NCBI GenBank assembly: GCA_037443035.1
Contig: JBBIPC010000001.1
Coordinates: forward strand, 1 to 64,000
Direction of reading: 5' to 3'
Origin: Chthonomonadales bacterium
GTDB taxonomy: Bacteria; Armatimonadota; Chthonomonadetes; Chthonomonadales; CAJBBX01
Length of the DNA: 64,000 nucleotides
Shown here piece by piece: positions 18,272 to 27,208 of the stretch; positions within the stretch are counted from its first letter, which is position 1; the number at the start of each line of letters is the position of its first letter. A program made the translations under genes and the position numbers. The notes under the pieces are model-generated. The model was not told where the DNA came from. It was given only the letters and a program-made list of their open reading frames with translations, and searched no databases.

Positions 18272-20425
18272 TCATGCAGTGATAAGGTCCGTCGGCGTCT
18301 CGGCAGCTAACACCACCTCCATGACGACTCGTCCATCCGGCATATGGCTTACCGTACGCCCGGCGACATTGGCGGACCTGGCTACGTCGCTAGGCAGACT
18401 GTACCTCCACACCATATCCCGCGGTGCTGTCACGATCAACCGCTGCAGAGCGCCATGGGCACATTCACCCGACACCGTCACCCCATAGGCTCCGCGGATA
18501 TTGGCGAACACGGCCTGGGTGGGTTCAGGTGGCAGCGCAGATGCGAGGTGGGTTGCGGTCTCATCCACCCATGCAAAGCTAGCGTGCAGCCCGTAGATCC
18601 AGGCACCGATACCTGTGGTGAACCATGGCACATGCACGACGCCGTGCCTATCCGTATGCTCGTTAGGGATCAGTCCAGGTCCACAACTGCGCGTGCCTTC
18701 CACGATGGCTTGCCATGCCTCCACCGGCCGGTTGTGCATTGCGTGGACGATACCGAGATGCCCGGCGGTCCACATCCAGTTCGATCCGTCATACACCCTG
18801 GAGTATCCAGGCTTCCATCCCTTGGACGACCGGCACTTGTCATGCACGAGCAGGGCACTGCGCCGAGCACGATCCGAGAAGACTTCCGTCCGGAACGGGA
18901 AGATGTGTCCGAGGACGGAGTAGTGGAAAGGCACGCCTCCGGGAATCCCGAAGACGTCACCGCGACTGCTGCGATCCTCGTCAGTGCAGACGGATACAGC
19001 AAGTCCATCGGCGATTTCGCGCCAACGCTGGCTCCTCCACGTGTCGAGCCCCAAGATCGTCGCAGCCTCGGCAGCCCAGCGCAGAGCGGCCTGGGCACCG
19101 GCGATGGTGAAGGGACCGTTACGGACGGCTCCGACGGACTCGTCGAAGTCCACGCACGGCATGGTACCGTAGACACCACCGCCGACCGACTCGACGACGG
19201 CGTTCTCGTAGTAGCGAGCGATGTCCCGTAACACGGGGTAGAGGTCAGCGAGGTGAGCCGCCGATCGTTCGTAGAGCCATAGCGACCAGATTTCAGCGCT
19301 GAACTGCGCTAGGTGAAACCGCTCCGTGAGCCACAGTCCGTCTGGGTCCCGCTCGTGGCCGTCCTCTGTGCTACTCCAGGGGTAGAGCGCCCCTCGGCCC
19401 CGTCCCCTGACCGACGCTGCCGGAAGTGTCGTGAGACGGAAATAGGGCATGCGCGCGGCTAGATCTGGCAGATTCGCCGATATGAGAGCGAAGAAGGGGT
19501 ACATCTCGTCGTGGAACGCGCCACCGCCCCAGTAGGGTTCGGAGAGCGTCGGTCCGATGGACCATGGCGATAGCTGGCAACGGAGGGTGTACATACCTAT
19601 GAAGCGGCACGCATCCACGGTGGGGTTGCCTGTGTGGATCGAGGACGCACGCAGAATCTGGTCCCATTGCCGCCGATGTTCGCTCAGAAGGTCGTCCCAC
19701 TGCTCCATCCGGAGTGGAAACGTATACGTCAGGCGATCGCTGAACTGCACCAATGCTCGCAGAACAGCGCGACGTTGTCCGCCGAGGACGCCTCTGGCCG
19801 AGATACGTACGGTCCTGTTTTCGACGCGAAGGCGTGAATCGACCGTATTGCCAGGTGCCGCATGTAAGAAGCGAATCGTGCCCATGAGGTCGCCGTAGGC
19901 GTACCGAATCTCGACGCCATCAGTGCAGCTAGAATGGGTTACGGAACTGGGCCACGCAGGAAGGTGCAGCGCAATCTCCACATCGAGTGTGTGCTCAGCC
20001 CCGTCGCAAAGGGCAAACTCGGTTTCGACTAGTAGCGCATTCTGGTGCAGAGGTACGCACGACAGAGTTCTCTGCACCAGGGCGCCGGACCTGGCAGTGG
20101 ACCTGACCACCATGAGCGAGTGGTCGAGGCTCTGTGACCATTCGCCTGGGACTACTGCACGGCCATCTAGCGTTGCGTTGCAGGTGAGACAGCCGAAGTT
20201 GAGGAGTGGGTACTGGGGGCCAGGTCCGCGACGGCCTGCCCAGACAACATGCTGCGTGGTGTGGGCAATGTCCGTCGCAGCTTCCGGCGCGGTATGAAAG
20301 CCCGTCGGGCCGAGGGTGGTGCAGATCTCGCCGTTCCCCGCCAGCATGGAGCACACACCGTCGTAGTCACTGTGCGTGAGCTCCGGCAGCACGAACGGAA
20401 GCTCCGAGAAGGTATAACGGGTCAT
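18272..20425 (-). CDS. Putative glycoside hydrolase/phosphorylase, GH65/GH95-like (alpha/alpha)6 barrel
   Basis: LAGNGEI N-terminus, YWGGGAFHDE, GALYPWSS, VDFDES, C-terminal PWFTTGIG, all reminiscent of GH65-like enzymes. Confidence 0.65.
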   Translation of the reverse strand: MTRYTFSELPFVLPELTHSDYDGVCSMLAGNGEICTTLGPTGFHTAPEAATDIAHTTQHVVWAGRRGPGPQYPLLNFGCLTCNATLDGRAVVPGEWSQSLDHSLMVVRSTARSGALVQRTLSCVPLHQNALLVETEFALCDGAEHTLDVEIALHLPAWPSSVTHSSCTDGVEIRYAYGDLMGTIRFLHAAPGNTVDSRLRVENRTVRISARGVLGGQRRAVLRALVQFSDRLTYTFPLRMEQWDDLLSEHRRQWDQILRASSIHTGNPTVDACRFIGMYTLRCQLSPWSIGPTLSEPYWGGGAFHDEMYPFFALISANLPDLAARMPYFRLTTLPAASVRGRGRGALYPWSSTEDGHERDPDGLWLTERFHLAQFSAEIWSLWLYERSAAHLADLYPVLRDIARYYENAVVESVGGGVYGTMPCVDFDESVGAVRNGPFTIAGAQAALRWAAEAATILGLDTWRSQRWREIADGLAVSVCTDEDRSSRGDVFGIPGGVPFHYSVLGHIFPFRTEVFSDRARRSALLVHDKCRSSKGWKPGYSRVYDGSNWMWTAGHLGIVHAMHNRPVEAWQAIVEGTRSCGPGLIPNEHTDRHGVVHVPWFTTGIGAWIYGLHASFAWVDETATHLASALPPEPTQAVFANIRGAYGVTVSGECAHGALQRLIVTAPRDMVWRYSLPSDVARSANVAGRTVSHMPDGRVVMEVVLAAETPTDLITA

Positions 20426-20465
20426 ACTTTACTGTTCACGATCGGCATACGGATATCCTGCGGCC

Positions 20466-21485
20466 TTGTGCCCCGAAGATAGCTGCCGAGCTGCCACCGC
20501 CGCTCGAGGAGGATTGCCCTTGCTAGTCAGATTGCGCCCAGCAGCCTTGGTGGTCCTGGCAGTGCTCGCTTGGCCGGTGTCTGTCGTTGGCGCACGAAAC
20601 CGCGATGTCACCGTGGAGCAACTCAAGGCAGCACTCTATCAGATTGACAGCAGGCTGCCTCTGAACGCTAGCGTTCGACCTGCGCCACCGCTCAAGGACG
20701 AGGCGACTCGCCTCAAAGCTCTACGCACGCGGTACCTCGTAACCTTCGACAGTGTCTGTGATCAGCGTGTGCCCGGTATTCTGACGGTTCCACGTGGGCG
20801 ACGGGGACAGATGCCGGCTGTTCTCCTTCTTGCCGGCTCCGGCGGCCACAAGGATACCGACTATGTCCGCCTCACCAGCGACATGTTGAACACCCTCGGC
20901 ATTGTAACCCTCTCCATCGATGCGCAATATCACGGTGATCGCTCACGCAAGAATCGTTCCGGCGACATTCACCTCATCTACGATGTCACGGCTCGGGATG
21001 CGTGGGTGCAGACAGTCCGCGATCTCCGGCGCGCAGTGGACTATCTATGCAGTCGGCATGAAGTAGATCCCCAGCGCATCGGCTTTCTCGGATTCAGTCA
21101 GGGCGCGATGTTGGGTGGCACCTTCCTAGGTGTCGAGCCACGCGTACGGGTAGCGTGCCTTGCCGTTCCAGGGGGCGGTTTCTCGGAATGGGCGCGTCGT
21201 GCGAAGCTAGTGAAGCCACAACAGGAAGCAGTCTTGGATGTGAACGCAGCCCTGACCGATCCCGTCTACTTCGTTGGTCGATTCGCACCTCGGCCGCTCC
21301 TGATCCTGGCAGCCAGGAAGGACGAGATCATCCCCGCGTATGCGACTACCGCCATCGTGGAAGCAGCCGGCACCGGCAAACAGCTCATCTGGTACAACTC
21401 GGGGCATGTGCTACCGCCGAACGCGTTGCTCGTGGATGCGAGACAGTTCTTCCGTCGCCATTTCTTGGGCGCAGGGACTTCCTGA
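20466..21485 (+). CDS. Secreted alpha/beta hydrolase (acetylxylan esterase/dienelactone hydrolase-like)
   Basis: GFSQG nucleophile elbow, KDEII Asp, NSGH His, hydrophobic N-terminal segment. Start uncertain. Confidence 0.85.
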   Translation: MCPEDSCRAATAARGGLPLLVRLRPAALVVLAVLAWPVSVVGARNRDVTVEQLKAALYQIDSRLPLNASVRPAPPLKDEATRLKALRTRYLVTFDSVCDQRVPGILTVPRGRRGQMPAVLLLAGSGGHKDTDYVRLTSDMLNTLGIVTLSIDAQYHGDRSRKNRSGDIHLIYDVTARDAWVQTVRDLRRAVDYLCSRHEVDPQRIGFLGFSQGAMLGGTFLGVEPRVRVACLAVPGGGFSEWARRAKLVKPQQEAVLDVNAALTDPVYFVGRFAPRPLLILAARKDEIIPAYATTAIVEAAGTGKQLIWYNSGHVLPPNALLVDARQFFRRHFLGAGTS

Positions 21486-21771
21486 TGCGCAGGGCGTTGC
21501 GTGCCGATGCCATGACGGCGGCCGCCCTGTTCACGAGATCGGAATGCGGAGCATAGGCCGAGAGGATGGGCTCGAGTGCCATCCAACGTCGCTCGGCAGT
21601 GTGAGCAGCAGCGATGACCTCACGATGCCTACACAGGATTAAGAGATGTTCCGCGCGGAGAACATCATGCTCGATGTACCGCAGCCAGTCTTCGAGAGTT
21701 GGCTCATCGCCAGGGCCGGCGATGGTATGTGCGTTCACGTGTTGCGATTCCTCCAACATTGTACGTTCCAT
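21385..21771 (-). CDS. Hypothetical helical protein, divergent from the sigma cassette
   Basis: ORF fills an otherwise empty ~300-bp gap and has an amphipathic helical pattern (LEDWLRYIEHDVLRAEHLL). It overlaps the hydrolase 3' end by ~100 bp. Confidence 0.4.
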   Translation of the reverse strand: MERTMLEESQHVNAHTIAGPGDEPTLEDWLRYIEHDVLRAEHLLILCRHREVIAAAHTAERRWMALEPILSAYAPHSDLVNRAAAVMASARNALRIRKSLRPRNGDGRTVSHPRATRSAVAHAPSCTR

Positions 21772-21854
21772 TGCACACTGACTCGCATGCGCGACTGGCG
21801 AACCCGAAAGCGATGCAGGTGTAGATGCTAGATGCAATGCATACGACACGTGTA

Positions 21855-21897
21855 CGCGCGAATCGCGCGATTCGCGCGATTCGCATGAATCGCGTGA
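21855..21897. repeat. 24-bp perfect palindrome within 9-bp tandem repeats (CGCGA[A/T]TCG)
   Basis: CGCGCGAATCGC|GCGATTCGCGCG at 21855-21878, plus an overlapping inverted repeat CGCGATTC-gcat-GAATCGCG at 21875-21894. Confidence 0.85.
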
Positions 21898-21940
21898 TAG
21901 GAAGCTTGCCGACTATGTGGACGGATGGGCGAGTAACCTT

Positions 21941-22645
21941 ATGAATGGGCTTCATGATGAGCCGCTCTTCAATGCAGATGACCGCAGTCTCGAGCTGACG
22001 CCGATCAGGCATCACCGCCGCGAAGCCCATGTCGTAGAAGAGCTGAAGCGGCTGGCGAGTGCACCGGCGCGCTCAGTCTCACGGGTTGCGCGTGACTGTG
22101 CGCCGGAGACGCTGGTAATGGCGTTGCGGGCTGCGTTCAGGCGCGGTTTGGAAGATGTGGCGTGCGACATAGCCGAGGTCCTCTCGATGAGAATTGCGCG
22201 GCATGTACGCCGGAAGACGTCGGCTCTACCGTGGCGTGACTCAGAAGAGCGAGACGACGTCGAGGATGAGCTGGCAGTGATCTTATGGCAGTGCTGGACC
22301 AGTCTCGATGAATCCGATGAGTTCTGGGAAATACGGTTCTGGAACTGTCTCGACAGACGCCTGTACGATGTCCTGCGGCGCAACCGAGGTCGTAAGAGGG
22401 ATATCGAAGTTCCTGTGCATGGCGATCTTGGCGGAGAGCACGGTCTGTCAACGGATGACTGGGTCCACGTCGCCATGGATGCGCTGCCAAGAGAACAGAG
22501 ACTAGCGATCATCATGAAGTTCTTTGAAGGCTGGACCGAGCAAGAGATAGCGGCGAAACTACGTGTATCCGAGCGGACTGTTCGGAATTACATCCATCGG
22601 GGTCTCGAACGTCTCAGAGCCATAGGCATGGAGGCGGAGCCATGA
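21941..22645 (+). CDS. ECF-like sigma-70 family sigma factor
   Basis: Sigma4 HTH (MDALPREQRLAIIMKFFEGWTEQEIAAKLRVSERTVRNYIHRGLERLR) and a sigma2-like region (DDVEDE...W...RFWNCLDRRLYDVLRR). Confidence 0.85.
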   Translation: MNGLHDEPLFNADDRSLELTPIRHHRREAHVVEELKRLASAPARSVSRVARDCAPETLVMALRAAFRRGLEDVACDIAEVLSMRIARHVRRKTSALPWRDSEERDDVEDELAVILWQCWTSLDESDEFWEIRFWNCLDRRLYDVLRRNRGRKRDIEVPVHGDLGGEHGLSTDDWVHVAMDALPREQRLAIIMKFFEGWTEQEIAAKLRVSERTVRNYIHRGLERLRAIGMEAEP

Positions 22646-23367
22646 ACAGACTGCCCGACGAAATGGCCGCAGAGTTCCTGGCGGAGTTCGAGCGGAACCC
22701 ACAGGCCCTGCGCTTGTACCTGCAGCGATACCCTACCTTTCGTAGTGACCTCATCGGTATGGCGGTGTACTCGTCCGTCACCGGAGGCGTTACTAGCAAA
22801 GCCGGGGAGTTGGCTGATGAGGAACTGCCCGAGCCCCATTCAGATGAGTACCAACTCGCCAAGAGGATGGCCGATCGCATGCGCAGACTGGCCACCAGCG
22901 GAGCAAGTTCGGCCCAACTCGAGGGGAGTAGCATTCTGGGGGTGGCTCGAGCGCTCGGTCTCCCATCGCGGAAACTCGCTCAACATCTGCGGATAGGGCT
23001 CACGGTCCTCACAAAGCTGGATCGCAGACTGCTGGATCCGACGACAATTCCCGATCGCCTGGTCACGCAGCTCGCTGATGCCCTACGCGTCTCCGTGGAA
23101 GCCGTGCGCACGTATCTCAACTTGGAGCCCACGCTGTCGCCACGTGCAGCCTATCGCGCAGCACGTGCGCCGTCGCTGGAATCGGCGATGGAGCGGGCAG
23201 CGCTCATGCCGAGCATTTCCGAGCCAGATCTCAGCTACGCATCCGAAGTACGTGAAGAAGCGAAACCCTATACTATGGCGCAACAGACCTTCTCAGAAGC
23301 ACTCTCGTCAGCACCAGATATGACGGATGAGGACAAGGCTGTGTGGCTTGCAGAGGGAAACGCGTGA
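22642..23367 (+). CDS. Xre/Cro-like HTH protein; candidate anti-sigma/repressor and protease substrate
   Basis: ARALGLPSRKLAQHLRIGLTVLTKLDR...LVTQLADALRVSVEAV HTH pattern; ATGA overlap with the sigma gene. Confidence 0.7.
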   Translation: MNRLPDEMAAEFLAEFERNPQALRLYLQRYPTFRSDLIGMAVYSSVTGGVTSKAGELADEELPEPHSDEYQLAKRMADRMRRLATSGASSAQLEGSSILGVARALGLPSRKLAQHLRIGLTVLTKLDRRLLDPTTIPDRLVTQLADALRVSVEAVRTYLNLEPTLSPRAAYRAARAPSLESAMERAALMPSISEPDLSYASEVREEAKPYTMAQQTFSEALSSAPDMTDEDKAVWLAEGNA

Positions 23368-23382
23368 CGTAGGGAAGGACTT

Positions 23383-26300
23383 GTGATTTCGCATGCTTCC
23401 CGCAGGGGCAGGGCCGATGCCCTTGCGATGCTGGAGAGTCTGGGGCTCGCGGATGGACGCATTCGGCCAGCGGCAGAAGTCGTGGCGAATGCGTTGGACT
23501 ACGCAGGCGTCGAAGCAACCGAACTGCCGGCTTCCGATCCGCTGCTCGCTGGTGCCGTCGGCGTGCTGGATCGTGACGTCCCTGCGGTCTGGTACCGCGC
23601 TGGCCTGAGACCGGAGACACGCACTGTCCTCCTAGCGCACGAACTCGGCCACTGGTGGATGCATGGCGACGCCAACGTCTTTCTGGAGCAGAGTGCCGAC
23701 GACCCGGACCACTACCACCGTGCTCCGGCAGTGTTGGAGCTCGAAGGCTACAGCCCTGTCCAGCGCACGGAGATCGAGGCTACGAGCTTCGCCTCGGAAC
23801 TGCTGGCTCCCGGACCAGGACTCGTAGAGGCGTTCCGCAAGGGCTGGAGCGCACGCGAACTTGCCAATGCCATCGGTGTCCGAGAAGATCTCGTCGTGCG
23901 TCAACTCGTCATGCACGTCCTGGACGCGCTCGAAGAGGCCAGTCCGAAGCTGCGCGAAGCGGAGATGTGCCCGGAACCCGAGCAGCGAGCCGCAGCAGAA
24001 GCTACCGATGACGTGACGATCGTAGTTGCGGGTCCGGGTACAGGAAAGACTGCGACTCTTGCATGGCGGGTGCACTACCTCCTCGGACAAGGCGTCCGGC
24101 CGGAGGCAATCCTGGCGCTGACATTCTCTCGGAACGCCGCAGAGGAAATGCGATCACGGGTGGCCGCGTTAGACCCCGTCCAGGGACACCGCGTGCAAGT
24201 CTACACGACACACGCATGCGGTCTCGAGCTGCTCCGTGTCTACGGCCGAAGGCTGGGGATCCCACCCGTGCCCACGATTGTGACACCGGTGCGCAGTCTC
24301 GCGATGTTGGAGGAGCATCTGAGAGAAGCCGAGTTGCGCGAACTCCTCTGCGTCGAGAACCCAGCATATCCGCTGGCGGAGGTTGTTCACGCGATCGCGA
24401 GGTGGAAGGGAACGGGGCGTTCGCCTGACGCGCTCGACAGCGTTCCCGATGCTCCTGCGTCGTTTCGCGAGGCCGTAGCCTTGTACCGATCGTACGAGGA
24501 TCTGCTTCGTAAGGCAGGTGCTCTCGACTATGCCGACCTCATTGGTCGCGCTGTGGAGCTTCTCAGGACCTGCCCTGATGTACTGCGCGGCGTGTGCTCG
24601 CGTTTGGAGCATATTCTGGTGGACGAGGTGCAGGATCTGGATGATCTATCGTTGGAACTGCTTCACCTCCTGCACCGCACGGGGATTCAGCTGTGGCTGG
24701 TCGGAGATCCGGCTCAGGCAATCTACGGTTTCCGCGGCGCTGGTCAGCGAGGATGCGCCCAGGAGGCGTTGTCCATGCCACATCGGCGGGTCGAGCTTCG
24801 TGCTGGACACCGCTGCAACGACCGGATCGCTCGTGTTCTGAACGAGTTTGCCAGGCAGACTCGCCTTGAGACGGTATCCTCGCTCGAAGGAGCACCGATG
24901 ACACCCGACGGCTGCGTCGAGTTCGTCGTTGCCCACGACGAGGCCGCTCAGTTGCAGGTCATCTACGAGGGTGTACAGCGGAATCTCCGCATGGGTATCG
25001 GCCTGGGGGCACAGGCAGTACTTTGTCGAACGAACGGGCAAGCACAAGGGATAGCGCGCGGTCTGAAGCGGATGGGTATTGGGGTCCGGGCTGCCGAGAC
25101 GCTCCTCTCGCACTGGGCCGTACGAGAGGCCCTGGCTGCCATGCGTAGCAGTGCGGAAGCGGGCCGTGCCTCGGCGCCCAGAGCCGTTTCCATCTCAACT
25201 GGATCAACCGTAGAAGAGCCAAGTAGCTTAGGTCGAGTACTGAGCGACTGCTATTTTGGAGAAGCCGGCTTGGCCCGTCGCGTAGCGGAGGACTCCATCG
25301 GCAGGCGCGCTCTCGCGTGGTTCTATTGGTTCGTCGCGGAACGGGAGTATGAACTGCAGGCTGCGGGTCTCGGCAACCTCTACGATAGGTTCGAACACAT
25401 ACTCGCAGATCTGCGCCGAGCAGTAGCGCTGCGCGAGGACCGGGAGGTGGTCCTGTCGAGTGAGTGTGATACCGAAGCAGTCTCCGTGATCACGATCCAC
25501 GCGGCGAAGGGGCTGGAATTCGACGCAGTATTCGTGCCAAGTGTGAACGTAGGGCACTATCCCCCGAAGACTCCTCCGCAACAGATCGAGCAACCCGAAG
25601 GCGAGGCTGAAGACACTGTAGAGCGGATTCGGGAAGCGGAGGCCAGATTGCTCTACGTCGCCATGTCTCGCGCACGGCGTTGCCTGACGGTATCGGTATG
25701 CAATAAACTCCATGGTCGTGAGGCGAGGCCGTCGGAGCTCGCTGAACCACTGAGGACTGCCATCGAGATCGCAGGCGGCAAGGTACGGACTTACGAAGCT
25801 GACGCTGCTCCAGTGCCCAACGCTGCTCGGACCTCCTACAGCTGCTCCCAAGAAGTGTTGGCCCTAGAGGCTCTCGACTCTTACGAAGATTGCCCAAGAC
25901 GCTTCCTGTTCGCACGCGAGACACCAACGCCAAGTCGCAGGCGTGAGTATAACGCCTACTCGAGAGGGCTGCACGAGGCGGTGCGGGCGGCACGAGAAGC
26001 AGTGGCGAGAGGAGACTCCGTTCGCGAGGCAGCCATAGCCGCGTGGCAGGATGCATGGCTGCAGTACGAGGTCGCAGGCAACCTGGCTGAGTTCTACGAG
26101 CAGCTGGCGGCAGTGGCCATCGAGAGAGTAGCATCCTCTACCGAGGTGCTGACAGCGGCCGAGAAGACGTTCGAGTTGGAGTTAGAGCACGGATGCATTC
26201 GTGCTCGGGCTGACGGCGTCCGCGTGACCGAGGATGGTTCGATCGCTGTGGAAGTCTATCGTTACCGCTACCGACCCGCCACAGCGCGTTCGTGGTCAGG

Positions 26301-26553
26301 TTCCGTCATACTGCGAAAAGGAGCAGAAGCAATGTGGCCGGGCCGCGAGGTCAAGGTGGGCACGCGATACCTTCTGTCCGATGACGTCGTGTGGTATTCG
26401 GCGAACAAGCGCACGGATAGCAGCGCGCTTGCCAAGTACGATCGGTTCCTTCTCCGGATAGCGCAGCAGCAATTCCCCACGCGTGTAAGCGACCGATGCG
26501 CGTACTGCGAGTTTCTGTTCCAGTGCACGCGATCCCCGGACGGCGATGAATAA
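23383..26553 (+). CDS. ImmA/IrrE metallopeptidase - UvrD-like SF1 helicase - PD-(D/E)XK-like domain fusion
   Basis: LAHELGH plus EATSFASELLAP; AGPGTGKT, LTFSRNAAEEM, LVDEVQD, VGDPAQAIYGFRGA, TIHAAKGLEF, EARLLYVAMSRAR; C-terminal CPRR ... CAYCEFLFQC. Confidence 0.9.
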   Translation: MISHASRRGRADALAMLESLGLADGRIRPAAEVVANALDYAGVEATELPASDPLLAGAVGVLDRDVPAVWYRAGLRPETRTVLLAHELGHWWMHGDANVFLEQSADDPDHYHRAPAVLELEGYSPVQRTEIEATSFASELLAPGPGLVEAFRKGWSARELANAIGVREDLVVRQLVMHVLDALEEASPKLREAEMCPEPEQRAAAEATDDVTIVVAGPGTGKTATLAWRVHYLLGQGVRPEAILALTFSRNAAEEMRSRVAALDPVQGHRVQVYTTHACGLELLRVYGRRLGIPPVPTIVTPVRSLAMLEEHLREAELRELLCVENPAYPLAEVVHAIARWKGTGRSPDALDSVPDAPASFREAVALYRSYEDLLRKAGALDYADLIGRAVELLRTCPDVLRGVCSRLEHILVDEVQDLDDLSLELLHLLHRTGIQLWLVGDPAQAIYGFRGAGQRGCAQEALSMPHRRVELRAGHRCNDRIARVLNEFARQTRLETVSSLEGAPMTPDGCVEFVVAHDEAAQLQVIYEGVQRNLRMGIGLGAQAVLCRTNGQAQGIARGLKRMGIGVRAAETLLSHWAVREALAAMRSSAEAGRASAPRAVSISTGSTVEEPSSLGRVLSDCYFGEAGLARRVAEDSIGRRALAWFYWFVAEREYELQAAGLGNLYDRFEHILADLRRAVALREDREVVLSSECDTEAVSVITIHAAKGLEFDAVFVPSVNVGHYPPKTPPQQIEQPEGEAEDTVERIREAEARLLYVAMSRARRCLTVSVCNKLHGREARPSELAEPLRTAIEIAGGKVRTYEADAAPVPNAARTSYSCSQEVLALEALDSYEDCPRRFLFARETPTPSRRREYNAYSRGLHEAVRAAREAVARGDSVREAAIAAWQDAWLQYEVAGNLAEFYEQLAAVAIERVASSTEVLTAAEKTFELELEHGCIRARADGVRVTEDGSIAVEVYRYRYRPATARSWSGSVILRKGAEAMWPGREVKVGTRYLLSDDVVWYSANKRTDSSALAKYDRFLLRIAQQQFPTRVSDRCAYCEFLFQCTRSPDGDE

Positions 26554-27208
26554 CGAAGAGCGCGACAAGCCCACGGCAGTAGGACAGGAGCACGGAGGCG
26601 CGCGCCCGACATCGTCCGCTGCCGCGAACCACGGGTACCACGACAACAGCGAGTCGCTGACGATAGAGATCGGCCCGATGACTGTATACGATGTGCCTGG
26701 GGTCGCTGCAGTTGACATCGCGTGCTTCCCGACACACTGGAGTGTGCAGTCGTACCGTAACGAGCTGCAGAACCTCCATGCTGCCTACTTCGTAGCACGG
26801 GACAAGGGACAGGTGATCGGCTTTGCAGGCATGTGGATCGCCCTAGATGAAGCACATATCACCATGCTAGCTGTAGTCGGTGAGTACCGGCGTCGGGGCA
26901 TAGCCAAGGCTCTCTTGGTGAGATTGCTTCGGGAAGCGCGCCGGAGGGGCTGTACCGCAGCGACCTTGGAAGTACGCTCGCGGAATACAGCCGCTCAGGC
27001 ACTATACAGGTCCTTTCAGTTCGAGTGGACGGGCCGCAGGGAGGGCTACTACACCGACACCAACGACGATGCTGAGATCTTATGGGTAAGAGGCATTGAC
27101 ACGGAGGCATACGCGAGCACGCTGGAAAGACTAGCCGCTGAGACCCGAGGGGTCGTAATCCGTCATCTAACCGCTGAGGAACGATGTCCTAGCAGGCACG
27201 GCCGATGA
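26546..27208 (+). CDS. rimI: Ribosomal protein S18 alanine N-acetyltransferase
   Basis: EAHITMLAV...YRRRGIA, TLEVRSRNTAAQALY, RREGYYTD...DA; lies upstream of tsaD. Confidence 0.9.
   Translation: MNNEERDKPTAVGQEHGGARPTSSAAANHGYHDNSESLTIEIGPMTVYDVPGVAAVDIACFPTHWSVQSYRNELQNLHAAYFVARDKGQVIGFAGMWIALDEAHITMLAVVGEYRRRGIAKALLVRLLREARRRGCTAATLEVRSRNTAAQALYRSFQFEWTGRREGYYTDTNDDAEILWVRGIDTEAYASTLERLAAETRGVVIRHLTAEERCPSRHGR

Noticed and set aside
21855..21897. Repeats considered as a CRISPR array
   Set aside because: The units are 9 bp with no spacers and there are no cas genes. The Cas4/AddB-like Cys pattern nearby belongs to a helicase fusion.
21704..22030. 108-aa minus-strand ORF containing RIARIAR
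   Set aside because: It is just the translation of the palindromic repeat and overlaps the sigma gene antisense.
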